From contig CALICM010000045.1 in NCBI GenBank assembly GCA_938049225.1, forward strand, positions 33,114 through 97,113: 64,000 nucleotides of DNA. Reading direction: 5' to 3'. The notes under the pieces were generated by a model that had not been told where the DNA came from, searched no databases, and was given only the letters and a program-made list of their open reading frames with translations. Numbering within the stretch: the first letter of the stretch is position 1; each line of letters opens with the position of its first letter. Shown here in pieces: positions 28,232 to 37,371 of this stretch. This DNA is from an uncultured Rhodobacteraceae bacterium. GTDB taxonomy: Bacteria > Pseudomonadota > Alphaproteobacteria > Rhodobacterales > Rhodobacteraceae. The translations under genes were made by a program, and so were the position numbers.

Positions 28232-29220
28232 GCGTCCGCCTTGGCTTGCGCTTCTAACGCCAGGCGCATCGTACGGAAGGTGTGCGCTTGCGGGACGGCG
28301 GTTTCGCCGCGCTCGCGGATATCGGTGATCAGGCGGGGGAAATAGGGCAAGGGCATGTCCGTGCAGTCGATGCGGCGGTTCTCGGTCCCGTTAACCAGGT
28401 AGAGCTGGTTGGGGCGGTGTGGCTGGCCGATGTCGGTGTATTTGCGAACCTCGATAGTGCCTTCGGTGCCCAGCAGGAACAGACGGCCGTCACCCCAGGT
28501 GGGCAGGCCGTCCGGGGTCAGCCAGTCGACGCGGATATAGCCGTGTGAATTGGCGCCGGTCAGGGTGACCTCGCCGAAGTCTTGGAAGCGGGACTGGGTG
28601 GTTTTTCGGGCCAGGGAATGGGTGATCTGCGGGTCGGTATCACCAGTGAAATGAAGGTATTGGTCGATCTGGTGCGAGCCGATGTCAGTCAGGATACCAC
28701 CGTTGCGGCTGGGATCGAAGAACCAGGGCGGGCGGGTTTTCAGGTTTTGCTTGTGCGGGGCCAGGTTGATTGTTTGGACCACCTGGCCGATGGCGCCCCG
28801 GGCGACCAGGGTTTCGGCTTGCGCAACGGCGGGGACTTGGAAGCGTTCGGAGAAATTGACGGTCCAGATGCGCTTGGTTTGCGCCTGGGTGTCTTGCAGG
28901 GCGGCGAGTTGGGCCAGAGTGGTGCAGCCGGGTTTGTCGGTCATGACGTCTTTGCCAGCCTCCATCGCCTCTATGGCCAGGGCGGCGCGGTCGGCGGGAA
29001 TGGCGGCGATCAGGATCAGGTCTACGGACGGGTCGTCGAGGATCCAGCGGCGGTCGGTGACTTGAGTGAGTTGGGGGAACGTCTGGCGGAACTTAGCCTC
29101 GGTCACTGCCGGGCCATCGGTCCACCAATGGGTGCAGGTGCAGCCCTGGGCCAACAGGTTTTGCAGCATGCCGAAGATATGTCCGTGGTCGATACCGAGG
29201 ATGGCGAGGTGCAGGGGCAT
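28228..29220 (-). CDS. Gfo/Idh/MocA family oxidoreductase
   Basis: LAILGIDHGH N-terminus, DVMTDKPG. 4-nt overlap with the downstream paralogue. Confidence 0.85.
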   Translation of the reverse strand: MPLHLAILGIDHGHIFGMLQNLLAQGCTCTHWWTDGPAVTEAKFRQTFPQLTQVTDRRWILDDPSVDLILIAAIPADRAALAIEAMEAGKDVMTDKPGCTTLAQLAALQDTQAQTKRIWTVNFSERFQVPAVAQAETLVARGAIGQVVQTINLAPHKQNLKTRPPWFFDPSRNGGILTDIGSHQIDQYLHFTGDTDPQITHSLARKTTQSRFQDFGEVTLTGANSHGYIRVDWLTPDGLPTWGDGRLFLLGTEGTIEVRKYTDIGQPHRPNQLYLVNGTENRRIDCTDMPLPYFPRLITDIRERGETAVPQAHTFRTMRLALEAQAKADA

Positions 29221-29264
29221 GATGGGCCTTGTGGTTGGCGCCGGAGCCTCCGGCGGGGATATTT

Positions 29265-30281
29265 TCAGGACAAAGTGAGGCGGGTGCCGGATGCATTGGA
29301 GCGTTCCATGGCCTGGATCAGGGCGTGAACCGGTAGGGCCGAGCGGGCCGGGGCCAGTGGGGCGCGGTTTTCGGTTAGCGCGGCGGCGAAATCGGCGATC
29401 ATGGCACGATGCAGATCAGCAGAGAAGGCCATTGGGTCAGCGCCTGCGCCCGAGGGGGCGTCGGTTCCATGAGTTTCGGTTCTGCCGTCGTGCCAGGCGA
29501 CGCTCAACTGGTTCGCCCGTAGCCGGGCGGTGGCTTGGGCATGGTGCAGGGTGATGCTTTCGGCCCGGCCCGGAAAGCTGGCGGTAGAGGCGAAAAGCGT
29601 TCCTGGCGCACCGTTCTCAAAGCGCAGGGCGGCGGTGACGAAATCCTCGGCCTCCATATCGTGGAGCGTGTCTATCTGGGCGAGCACCTGAGCCACGGGC
29701 CCCGTGAATTGCAGGGCCAGGTCCAGGGTGTGGATCGCCTGGGTGATCAGCACACCACCACCGTCGCGGCTATAGGTGCCGCGACCGGGCGCATCGTAAT
29801 AGGATTGCGGCCGCCACCAGGGGACGGAGATTTCCACGGCGCGCGGCGGGCCAAGATCCATCCTGCGCAAGGCCAGCGCTGCAGGGCGCGCGCGATGTTG
29901 GAGCATAAGACCCAGGGTGATGTTATGTCGCTCAGCGATCTCGCACAGTTCGGTAGCGGCGGTCAGCGTGCGCTCGACGGGCTTCTCCATCAGGATGTGC
30001 TTGCCTGCGGCGGCCAGGGTTTGAACGATCTCGCGCCGCGCATCAGGCGGCGTGGTCAGCAGGACGACTGTGACAGCTGGGTCCTGGGCAATCTCGACCA
30101 CCGAGGTATAGGCGCGGCCTTTGGGGGCATGTTCATGCAGAAAGGCCTGGGCCGACGTCGGACTACTCCCCAGCGCACCGGTCAGAGTGACGCGGTCGCT
30201 CAACTGAGCGAGGGCCGCCGCATAGGTGGGCGCGACCATCCCCACGCCAATAAGCGCCGCACCTAGGATAGGATGGGTCAA
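29265..30281 (-). CDS. Gfo/Idh/MocA family oxidoreductase
   Basis: TTG at 30281, 6 nt after GGAG, preferred. The ORF-track start at 30452 would abut the divergent gene. AALIGVGMV, ILMEKPV. Confidence 0.8.
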   Translation of the reverse strand: MTHPILGAALIGVGMVAPTYAAALAQLSDRVTLTGALGSSPTSAQAFLHEHAPKGRAYTSVVEIAQDPAVTVVLLTTPPDARREIVQTLAAAGKHILMEKPVERTLTAATELCEIAERHNITLGLMLQHRARPAALALRRMDLGPPRAVEISVPWWRPQSYYDAPGRGTYSRDGGGVLITQAIHTLDLALQFTGPVAQVLAQIDTLHDMEAEDFVTAALRFENGAPGTLFASTASFPGRAESITLHHAQATARLRANQLSVAWHDGRTETHGTDAPSGAGADPMAFSADLHRAMIADFAAALTENRAPLAPARSALPVHALIQAMERSNASGTRLTLS

Positions 30282-30450
30282 GGGTGGCTCCGTGGTGGTT
30301 TTGAAAAGCCTACGGGGTTCAGGTGCGGTCGTCCATGGTGCCTCGAGATCGGCTGGCGTTTGAGTTTTTGGCGTTGTGGACAGTGCGGACGATGAAGGTA
30401 GCGTGAGAGGGTGGACGGTCTTAATGTCGTCGTCACGGAGGTGAGCCAGC

Positions 30451-31440
30451 ATGCGCGCGATAACTTATGAGAGGTTCGGACGGGCAAGCGAGGTTCTTTG
30501 TTTGGAGGACCTCGCCACCCCCGCGCCCGGACCCGGAGAGGTCCTTGTGCGGCTGCGTGTTTCCGCAGTTAATCCGTCGGATATTCGCGCGCGGGCCGGT
30601 GGTCGCCCTGGCGTGACCCAGCCACCCTTTCCAAAGATTATACCGCACAGCGACGGTGCCGGAGTTATCGAGGCCGTTGGTGAAGGTATCGACGGTTCGC
30701 GTATCGGGCAGCGTGTTTGGATCTGGAATGGTCAGTGGAAACGCGCCTTCGGCACGGCGGCAGAATATATCGCTTTGCCTTCGGATCAGGCCGTCAGATT
30801 GGCCGATACCGTATCTTTCGAAGACGGCGCCGTGATGGGAATTCCGGGCCTTACCGCGTGTCACGTGGTTCTTGGCGGTGGCCCGGTCAACGGAAAGACC
30901 GTGCTTGTGAGTGGTGGGGCCGGGACGGTCGGGCACCTCGCCGTGCAGGTTGCGGCGGCTTCGGGCGCTCGGGTTCTGGCGACGGCACGTGGTGACGAAG
31001 GCCTTGAAGCGGCTCGAAAAGCGGGGGCAGAGCATGTTTTTGATTATTCCGAAGATATGTTGGCTGACCGGATCTTGGAAGCAACCAATGGCAAGCCCGT
31101 CGACCGCATCGTTGAGGTGGAGTTCGGTAAGAACATCGATACCAACGCCAGGATCATCGCGGAACGCGGAACCATAGCGACCTATGGATCGGCCAAAGAT
31201 ATGACACCTGTCATACCCTTTTACCCGCTGATGTTCAAAGCCGCGAAGATCGATCTGGTTTTGGTCTATCTGCTGTCCCGGGCCCAGCGCGCCACAGCCA
31301 TTGAGAACCTCACAAGCTTAATTGACCGAGGAGCGCTCCAAATCCGAATATCAGATGTGATGGATTTGGCTGATTGCGCCAAAGCGCATGACCTCGTTGC
31401 TGCCGGTAATCGTGCTGGTGCCGTCGTTCTGATGACGTAA
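30451..31440 (+). CDS. NADPH:quinone oxidoreductase / zinc-type MDR alcohol dehydrogenase family protein
   Basis: MRAITYERFG ... GEVLVRLRVSAVNPSD; VLVSGGAGTVGHLAVQ. Confidence 0.85.
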   Translation: MRAITYERFGRASEVLCLEDLATPAPGPGEVLVRLRVSAVNPSDIRARAGGRPGVTQPPFPKIIPHSDGAGVIEAVGEGIDGSRIGQRVWIWNGQWKRAFGTAAEYIALPSDQAVRLADTVSFEDGAVMGIPGLTACHVVLGGGPVNGKTVLVSGGAGTVGHLAVQVAAASGARVLATARGDEGLEAARKAGAEHVFDYSEDMLADRILEATNGKPVDRIVEVEFGKNIDTNARIIAERGTIATYGSAKDMTPVIPFYPLMFKAAKIDLVLVYLLSRAQRATAIENLTSLIDRGALQIRISDVMDLADCAKAHDLVAAGNRAGAVVLMT

Positions 31441-31522
31441 CGTGTGGTGCGGTGGTTCTACTTTGGCCCGTTGACCCCAAGCGCCCATTTGGCCAGTTGG
31501 ACACTCAGGATCTCCAAGCGAT

Positions 31523-34249
31523 TTATGGGCTTCGCTCCGAAGGGTCGGGCGCAGCCAGTCCTTTAAGTTCATAGACTAAATCCAAAGCTTCGCGGGGGGT
31601 GAGCGTGTCTGGCATAACCGCTTGTAAGCGTTTCTCCGCCGGACCGGGCCCGTTGGGGGCTGCCGTCGCCACAGGGGTTGCACTGAACAGCGGCAGGTCA
31701 TCAATCATGGCCTTTGCCTTACCCCCTTGCGCGCGCTCGCCTTCCTCCAAAGCATCCAGGATCGTTCGCGCCCGGGCGATCACCGCCTCAGGAAGGCCCG
31801 CCAGCCGCGCCACTTGCACCCCGTAGGATCGATCCGCAGCGCCGTCCCGCACCTCATGCAGGAAGATCACCTCGCCCTCCCATTCGCGCACGGCAACTGT
31901 GGCGTTGTGCAGGCCTGACAGCGCGCCCGCCAGCGCGGTCAATTCGTGATAATGGGTCGCAAACAGGGCCCGGCATTGGTTCACGTCATGCAGATGTTCC
32001 AAGGTGGCCCAGGCGATGGACAGACCGTCATAGGTCGCGGTGCCCCGGCCGATCTCGTCCAGGATCACCAGGGCATTTCGGCCCGCCTGGTTCAGGATGG
32101 CTGCTGTTTCGACCATTTCGACCATAAAGGTCGACCGGCCCCGGGCTAGGTCGTCCGCCGCGCCGACGCGACTGAACAACTGGTCGACCACACCGATATG
32201 GGCCGCAGCCGCAGGCACGAAGCTGCCCGATTGAGCCAGCAGCGCGATCAGCGCGTTTTGCCTGAGAAAGGTGGACTTCCCCGCCATATTCGGCCCGGTC
32301 AGCAGCCAAATCGGATGTGCGTCTTCCGTGTCGGCGCTGAGTGTGCAGTCATTGGGGATAAAGCCCGTGTCCCCGGCGCGTTCCAAAGCGGCCTCGACCA
32401 CTGGATGGCGCCCGGCTTGGATATCGAACGTCCGGCTGCTGTCGATGCGCGGCCGGGTCCAGCTGCGCGCGCAAGCCAGGTCGGCGAGGGCTGCCTGCAG
32501 ATCCAATTCCGCCAAAGCCTGTGCTGTGGCGGCCAAGGGGGCAGCACTGGCCAACACTTCGTCGACCAAGGTCTCGAAGATCTCCTTTTCCAACTCAAGC
32601 GCCCGTGCGCCTGCGTTCAGAATACGGGTTTCCAGGTCGGACAACTCGACGGTCGTGAAACGCACCTGATTGGCGGTGGTTTGGCGATGAATAAAGGTCT
32701 CGCTGAGCGGTTCCGCCATCATCTTGGACGCATGCGAAGCTGGGGTTTCGACGAAATACCCCAAAACATTGTTGTGCTTCACTTTCAGTGACGAGATCCC
32801 CGAAGCTTCGGCATAGGTCTTTTGCAATCCCGCCACCACGGATCGGCTTTGATCCCGTAGTTTGCGGGTTTGATCCAACGGGCCGCTATAGCCCGGCGCT
32901 ACCACGCCGCCATCGCGGGTCAGCAGGGGCGGTTCCTCGGCCAGCGCTTGCTGAAGAAGGGTCGTCAGCACATCGTGCCCGGTCAGTGCTTGGACCGCGT
33001 CGTCCAGAAGCTGGGGCAGATCCTTGCCCGTCAGCATGTCTGCCAATGCTTTCGCCTGTATCAAACCGGCGCGCAGCGCGGCCAGATCGCGGGGCCCACC
33101 GCGCCCCAGGCCGATCCTGGACAACGCGCGCTCCATATCCGGTACCTTGCGCAGAGCAGCGCGGGTCGTCTCGCGCAGGTGGCTGTGATGGGCAAAGGTG
33201 CTGATCGCGTCCAGGCGATTGGTGATCTGGTCGATATCGGTCGAGGGGCTGGTGATCCGCGCTTCCAACAGGCGTGCCCCTCCCCCGGTGACCGTGCGAT
33301 CGATCATGGACAACAGCGAGCCCGCGCGGCCGCCATCAAGGGCGCGGATCAATTCCAAATTGCGCCGCGTGGCGGCATCGATATGCATCGCACCCCCGGC
33401 GCGTTCAACCGTTGGGGGCTGCAACAGCGCCATTTGGCCCCGCTGCGTCAGGTCGAGATAGGCCAGCGCCGCCCCAAGTGCCCCCAGTTGTGGCCGGGCG
33501 AGTACGCCAAAGGCATCCGGGCTATCGACCCCATATTGCGCCGCGATCCGTTGCCCGCCGCTGGTGCTGTCAAAGCTTTGTGCCGGGCGGGGGGTCACGG
33601 TCACGCCCATCTCCTCGATCTGGGCGCGCAACGCCTCTGTATCTTCCTCGCTGACCAGCACCTCCCTGGGCGCGACGCGGGCCAGCAGTGGGCCGAGGGT
33701 CGCCAAAGTGGCGGACGTCACGGTGACCTCGCCCGTCGAGATATCGATCCAAGCGAACCCCGCCTCCTCGCGCACCATGCAAAAGGCGGCGAGATAGTTG
33801 TGCGACCGGGCCTGCAGCAGACTGTCTTCGGTCAATGTACCGGGGGTGACCAGACGGACGACATCGCGTTTGACCACCGCTTTATAGCCGCGTTTCTTGG
33901 CTTCGGCCGGGCTTTCCAACTGCTCGCAGATCGCGACGCGAAAGCCCTTGCGGATCAGGGTAAGCAGATAGCCCTCGGCCGCGTGATGCGGCACGCCGCA
34001 CATGGCGATGTCTTGATCCAAATGCTTGCCGCGCTTTGTAAGCGCGATGTCCAGGGCGGCCGAGGCGGCCTGGGCATCCTCGAAAAACAACTCATAAAAG
34101 TCACCCATACGGTAGAACAAAAGCGCGTCGGGATATCTGGCCTTAATGTCCAGATACTGCGCCATCATCGGCGTCGCCTCGCCGGTCTTTGTCACACGCA
34201 CGGTCCCTTGGGTTGTCCAGGTTTGCGCCACACTAGCGAGGGGCGGCAA
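31523..34249 (-). CDS. mutS: DNA mismatch repair protein MutS
   Basis: TPMMAQYLDIKARYPDALLFYRMGDFYELFF; Walker A GPNMAGKST. The true start may be internal (GTG 34201/34195 or ATG 34168). Confidence 0.97.
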   Translation of the reverse strand: MPPLASVAQTWTTQGTVRVTKTGEATPMMAQYLDIKARYPDALLFYRMGDFYELFFEDAQAASAALDIALTKRGKHLDQDIAMCGVPHHAAEGYLLTLIRKGFRVAICEQLESPAEAKKRGYKAVVKRDVVRLVTPGTLTEDSLLQARSHNYLAAFCMVREEAGFAWIDISTGEVTVTSATLATLGPLLARVAPREVLVSEEDTEALRAQIEEMGVTVTPRPAQSFDSTSGGQRIAAQYGVDSPDAFGVLARPQLGALGAALAYLDLTQRGQMALLQPPTVERAGGAMHIDAATRRNLELIRALDGGRAGSLLSMIDRTVTGGGARLLEARITSPSTDIDQITNRLDAISTFAHHSHLRETTRAALRKVPDMERALSRIGLGRGGPRDLAALRAGLIQAKALADMLTGKDLPQLLDDAVQALTGHDVLTTLLQQALAEEPPLLTRDGGVVAPGYSGPLDQTRKLRDQSRSVVAGLQKTYAEASGISSLKVKHNNVLGYFVETPASHASKMMAEPLSETFIHRQTTANQVRFTTVELSDLETRILNAGARALELEKEIFETLVDEVLASAAPLAATAQALAELDLQAALADLACARSWTRPRIDSSRTFDIQAGRHPVVEAALERAGDTGFIPNDCTLSADTEDAHPIWLLTGPNMAGKSTFLRQNALIALLAQSGSFVPAAAAHIGVVDQLFSRVGAADDLARGRSTFMVEMVETAAILNQAGRNALVILDEIGRGTATYDGLSIAWATLEHLHDVNQCRALFATHYHELTALAGALSGLHNATVAVREWEGEVIFLHEVRDGAADRSYGVQVARLAGLPEAVIARARTILDALEEGERAQGGKAKAMIDDLPLFSATPVATAAPNGPGPAEKRLQAVMPDTLTPREALDLVYELKGLAAPDPSERSP

Positions 34250-34564
34250 GGGGTGAAAGGGGGGAGTTGTGTGGTGGCAGCAAGGTCAGCAAGGACGAAG
34301 ATTTTCTAATGCAGGCCAGTGTGCGGCCTTTTGGCTTGGCTTGAATGTGGCCTGCGTTGGAAAATCTCTCAGGGAGGAAGCCGCGGGGTCTGGGCGGGGC
34401 CTAACCGGGAACTCTCAAGCAACGCCAGTGCGGCCAGACCATACGGTCGTCACCTTCGACATAGGCCGCGCTCTGATCGAAGGATCGCTCCACCCCAATC
34501 TGCGCGCAAAACATGCAGTTTCCGATTTCTGCGACTTATCCTGACAGTCAACGCGAAAGTGCTG

Positions 34565-36652
34565 TCATTTCTGTTTTTCGCATCGCGCGATCAGCCAGGC
34601 TCGCAAGGTGGGGGCTTCATCGGCTTTGGTTTTGAAATCCGCCGCCTGTTCGAGAAGGGTGCGCATTGCTTTGCCGTCCTTGCCCAAGGACTTCGCGGGC
34701 CAATGGGGTTTGTGGGCTTCCCAGGCTGTCAGATATCCGTCTGCCCAGATTGAAAAGAGGACAGGGTCTGTCGGAAAGAGTGCTTTGGATGGTGCGCCAT
34801 CGCGCAGCAGGGAAAGACGGCTGTGGTAGGCAAGGACGATCAGGTCGAGACTCTTTTGCAGATCTTCTTCGGAGGCCACGTCTTCAGCCACGACATTGAG
34901 GATCGTGACAATCCATTCGGAGGGCTTGATGAACTTGGGCGCGGTGCAGAGACCTGTGAGAAAGCCTTCCATCCAGGGCAGGGTGATCCGGGCGGGGCTC
35001 AGGAGGCGGTCGAGAGCCTTCTGTTCTTTTGGGCCGAAAGTAGCCACCTGGGCATGAGTTCCTGGCGCCAGTTGCTCTTCTGTGACTTCGAAGCCATCAG
35101 ATGGCATGGGGGAGCTGTCTTGATTGATCCAGGCCTCAAAGCTCATGCTGTGCACGAACTGCATGATGGGTGTCTTCTTCAGATCGCGGCCCTCGGCCAT
35201 GGCCTGTGCTACAGCGACAAACTCAGGCGCGGCCGGATCATTCGCGGCTATCAGCAAGGCGGCGTTGCGGGCAAAGACCATGGTCCAGAAGGCGCGGCGG
35301 GTCTCCAGATGCTGCCAGAGCTTGCGGTCCATCGAATTGCGGGTCATGCCGCTTTCGATCGCGTCTGAAGAGGCGTCGCTGTCTTCGAACCAGCTGTCCG
35401 AGATCGCATAATGATCGGGCCAGTGCCCACTTGCCACGATCAGACTGCCGCGCGAACGGACAGAGAGGTTTGCGACCTCGCCCTCGGGATCAGCCACAGA
35501 AACGATGTCGGCAACATCTGCTGCCTGTGGACGCAGTTCTCCAAGACCGGCGGTTTCGACAACATCCAAGAGACCCGCCGCTGGCATGGCGCCGTTCGAT
35601 TGCCCATCGGCAAGCGCCCAGGCCAGAGCGGTGAAAGCATAGTCCTCGGTCACCTCCACCGCAGCCGCCTGTTGGGCGATCTGCCCGATCATCTGGCGTT
35701 GCTCAGTGGCGCTGTTGCAGGGGAGAGTAAAGGCGTCCTTGACGCCAAAACCTTGTTTAAGCAGCACCACGGCCAACGCGCGGCGGCTGCCGGATTGAAT
35801 GGCTATAGAGATGCTCTGAGCACCGCTGCCATCGACCATAGAGGATACGACACGGTGGATTTTGGGTTTCGCGCTCTTGGTCGGGACCGGCGTTCCGCTT
35901 ATGAGCGCAGCGCGGACAATCTCGTCAATGCCGCGCAGGATGTCCGGGTTCTGCACCCAGCTTCGGATCAGCGTCAGACGGGAAAGCAGGCTCTGCCGCA
36001 ATTCACCGGCCTCTTGGCGCAGAGAGAGGCCTGCCAGCGCACCTGCGCTCAGGGAAGCATCTGTCGCAAGCAACAGAGCCGCAGCGGCCTCACCGCAGAG
36101 TGGTTCTGCCCGCGTGGCCAGCTTGCGGATGAAGGCGAAGCGCGCTTCGGGCGGCAAGGTCGGCAGCATCTCGTCGAGAAGCGCAAGCATTGCCGAGACC
36201 GATTGTTCGCCGATATCATTGAAACCTTTGAAAATACCATCGAACATCTCATCGGGAATGTCCGGAATGCCGCCGGTATCCGCAAAAGCGCCCGGGTCCT
36301 CCGGAATGACCGCATGCGCGAGGGACGGCGGCGGGGCGAGGCCTGCGCGAGACCAAACGCTCGAAAGGGACAAGGCCGCTTTGGAGGTGAGAGCGGTGTC
36401 AAGCCGCGCCACCTCGTCGCGCATGGCGTCGAGGAAAGCGCGACCTTTGCGCTGAGCGTTCTCATCGGCCATGCGTGCTTCGTCCAGCGCGGCTGTTAGT
36501 AACTGCATCTCGCCATCCGAAAGAGGGTCTGTTTTGGCCGCACTGATCAGCGCAGCGCACATATCCGGTCGCGCAAAAAGCTCTTTGCCACACCGTCGCA
36601 AAACGTCCGAATGCCGCGAAGAAGACGTCGCCGCATCAACTGCCCTAACCAT
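34565..36652 (-). CDS. Large hypothetical protein (695 aa) with C-terminal UPF0149/YecA-N-like domain
   Basis: ATG at 36652 preferred over the 843-codon ORF-track extension. C-terminus reads WMEGFLTGLCTAPKFIKPSEWI ... IWADGYLTAWE. The N-terminal ~520 aa are Ala/Leu-rich and helical-looking, with no recognised motif. Confidence 0.7.
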   Translation of the reverse strand: MVRAVDAATSSSRHSDVLRRCGKELFARPDMCAALISAAKTDPLSDGEMQLLTAALDEARMADENAQRKGRAFLDAMRDEVARLDTALTSKAALSLSSVWSRAGLAPPPSLAHAVIPEDPGAFADTGGIPDIPDEMFDGIFKGFNDIGEQSVSAMLALLDEMLPTLPPEARFAFIRKLATRAEPLCGEAAAALLLATDASLSAGALAGLSLRQEAGELRQSLLSRLTLIRSWVQNPDILRGIDEIVRAALISGTPVPTKSAKPKIHRVVSSMVDGSGAQSISIAIQSGSRRALAVVLLKQGFGVKDAFTLPCNSATEQRQMIGQIAQQAAAVEVTEDYAFTALAWALADGQSNGAMPAAGLLDVVETAGLGELRPQAADVADIVSVADPEGEVANLSVRSRGSLIVASGHWPDHYAISDSWFEDSDASSDAIESGMTRNSMDRKLWQHLETRRAFWTMVFARNAALLIAANDPAAPEFVAVAQAMAEGRDLKKTPIMQFVHSMSFEAWINQDSSPMPSDGFEVTEEQLAPGTHAQVATFGPKEQKALDRLLSPARITLPWMEGFLTGLCTAPKFIKPSEWIVTILNVVAEDVASEEDLQKSLDLIVLAYHSRLSLLRDGAPSKALFPTDPVLFSIWADGYLTAWEAHKPHWPAKSLGKDGKAMRTLLEQAADFKTKADEAPTLRAWLIARCEKQK

Positions 36653-36750
36653 GTCCGCAATGTACGAATCCACCCCGACCCCCCGTCTATTGCCGTCCTT
36701 GCAAAACAGAATTCGACGGCTTCGCCAAGCCAAAACCATGATCTGGATCT

Positions 36751-37370
36751 TCAGGAGCCCGTAACCTCTTCGATCACATCGCGAATGCGCTCCCGTTCTG
36801 CTTTCGGGGACGCCAGTTGGATCACCGTCAAACGCCTCTCTTTGAGCAGTGCTTTGGTCTCTTCCTCTGCCTTTTGCCACGCGGAAAGGTGAGGGGCGTG
36901 GATGCAGGCGTTCGGACACTTCGCCAACTGGCAAAGCCCGGTCTGCGGTTTGGTCTGGTCGGCGGTGGTCTTGAGGCAGAGGGCTGATGCGGGGTCGAAG
37001 AAACAGCCCGCAAGAATGCCAATATGAAGCGTCCGCGCCAAAGTGTAGCCAGAGACAGCAGCGATCTTTGGCGTGCGCAACGCCGTGAAAGCGCACTACC
37101 CGGCAAAATAGGCACTCTCGTACATTGATGTGTAATCCTGCACGTTCAATTCGGCGATATCCGCTCCTGCAGCGAATGCGCTTTCATGCCGGTAAGGGCG
37201 ATGCATCCGACATTGGCTTCAGTTTCATAGGACAAGGTTCAATCGAGCATCTCTTCCATTATTTGCGTGTTCAGCGCATTCAACGCCTTGGGCCGATTGA
37301 ACCGATTGGTTACAACCCTAACTGTCTGGCTGACGTCGATTGTTTGGTATGGTCTTCTGTCTTTCGTCAC
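36751..37370 (-). pseudogene. Enoyl-CoA hydratase/isomerase (crotonase) family pseudogene
   Basis: Reads (V)TKDRRPYQTIDVSQTVRVVTNRFNRPKALNALNTQIMEEMLD, then TGA at 37241..37239. Continues TLSYETEANVGCIALTG, a frameshift near 37182, then SAFAAGADIAELN...YFAG, then TAG at 37098..37096 where a Trp is expected. Continues ...LRTPKIAAVSGYTLA, which runs into the ATG-less ORF 36751..37080. Confidence 0.65.
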
Positions 37371-37371
37371 T

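Noticed and set aside
30282-30452. N-terminal 57-codon extension of the third Gfo/Idh/MocA ORF
   Set aside because: It would leave no promoter space with the divergent quinone oxidoreductase gene. The Rossmann fold begins right after the TTG at 30281, which has a GGAG 6 nt upstream.
36751-37080. 109-aa ORF considered as an independent small Cys-containing protein or as a tyrosine-recombinase C-terminal tail (GLCQLAKCPNACIHAPHL)
   Set aside because: It has no ATG. Its N-terminal part (LRTPKIAAVSGYTLA) continues the crotonase reading frame that can be traced upstream through two stops and a frameshift. The integrase idea was dropped.
34565-37096. 843-codon ORF in the track, suggesting a much larger protein starting at a GTG at 37096
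   Set aside because: Its first 148 codons run through the crotonase pseudogene in another frame. They are Arg/Pro/Gly-rich, typical of out-of-frame high-GC translation. The ATG at 36652 gives a coherent protein.
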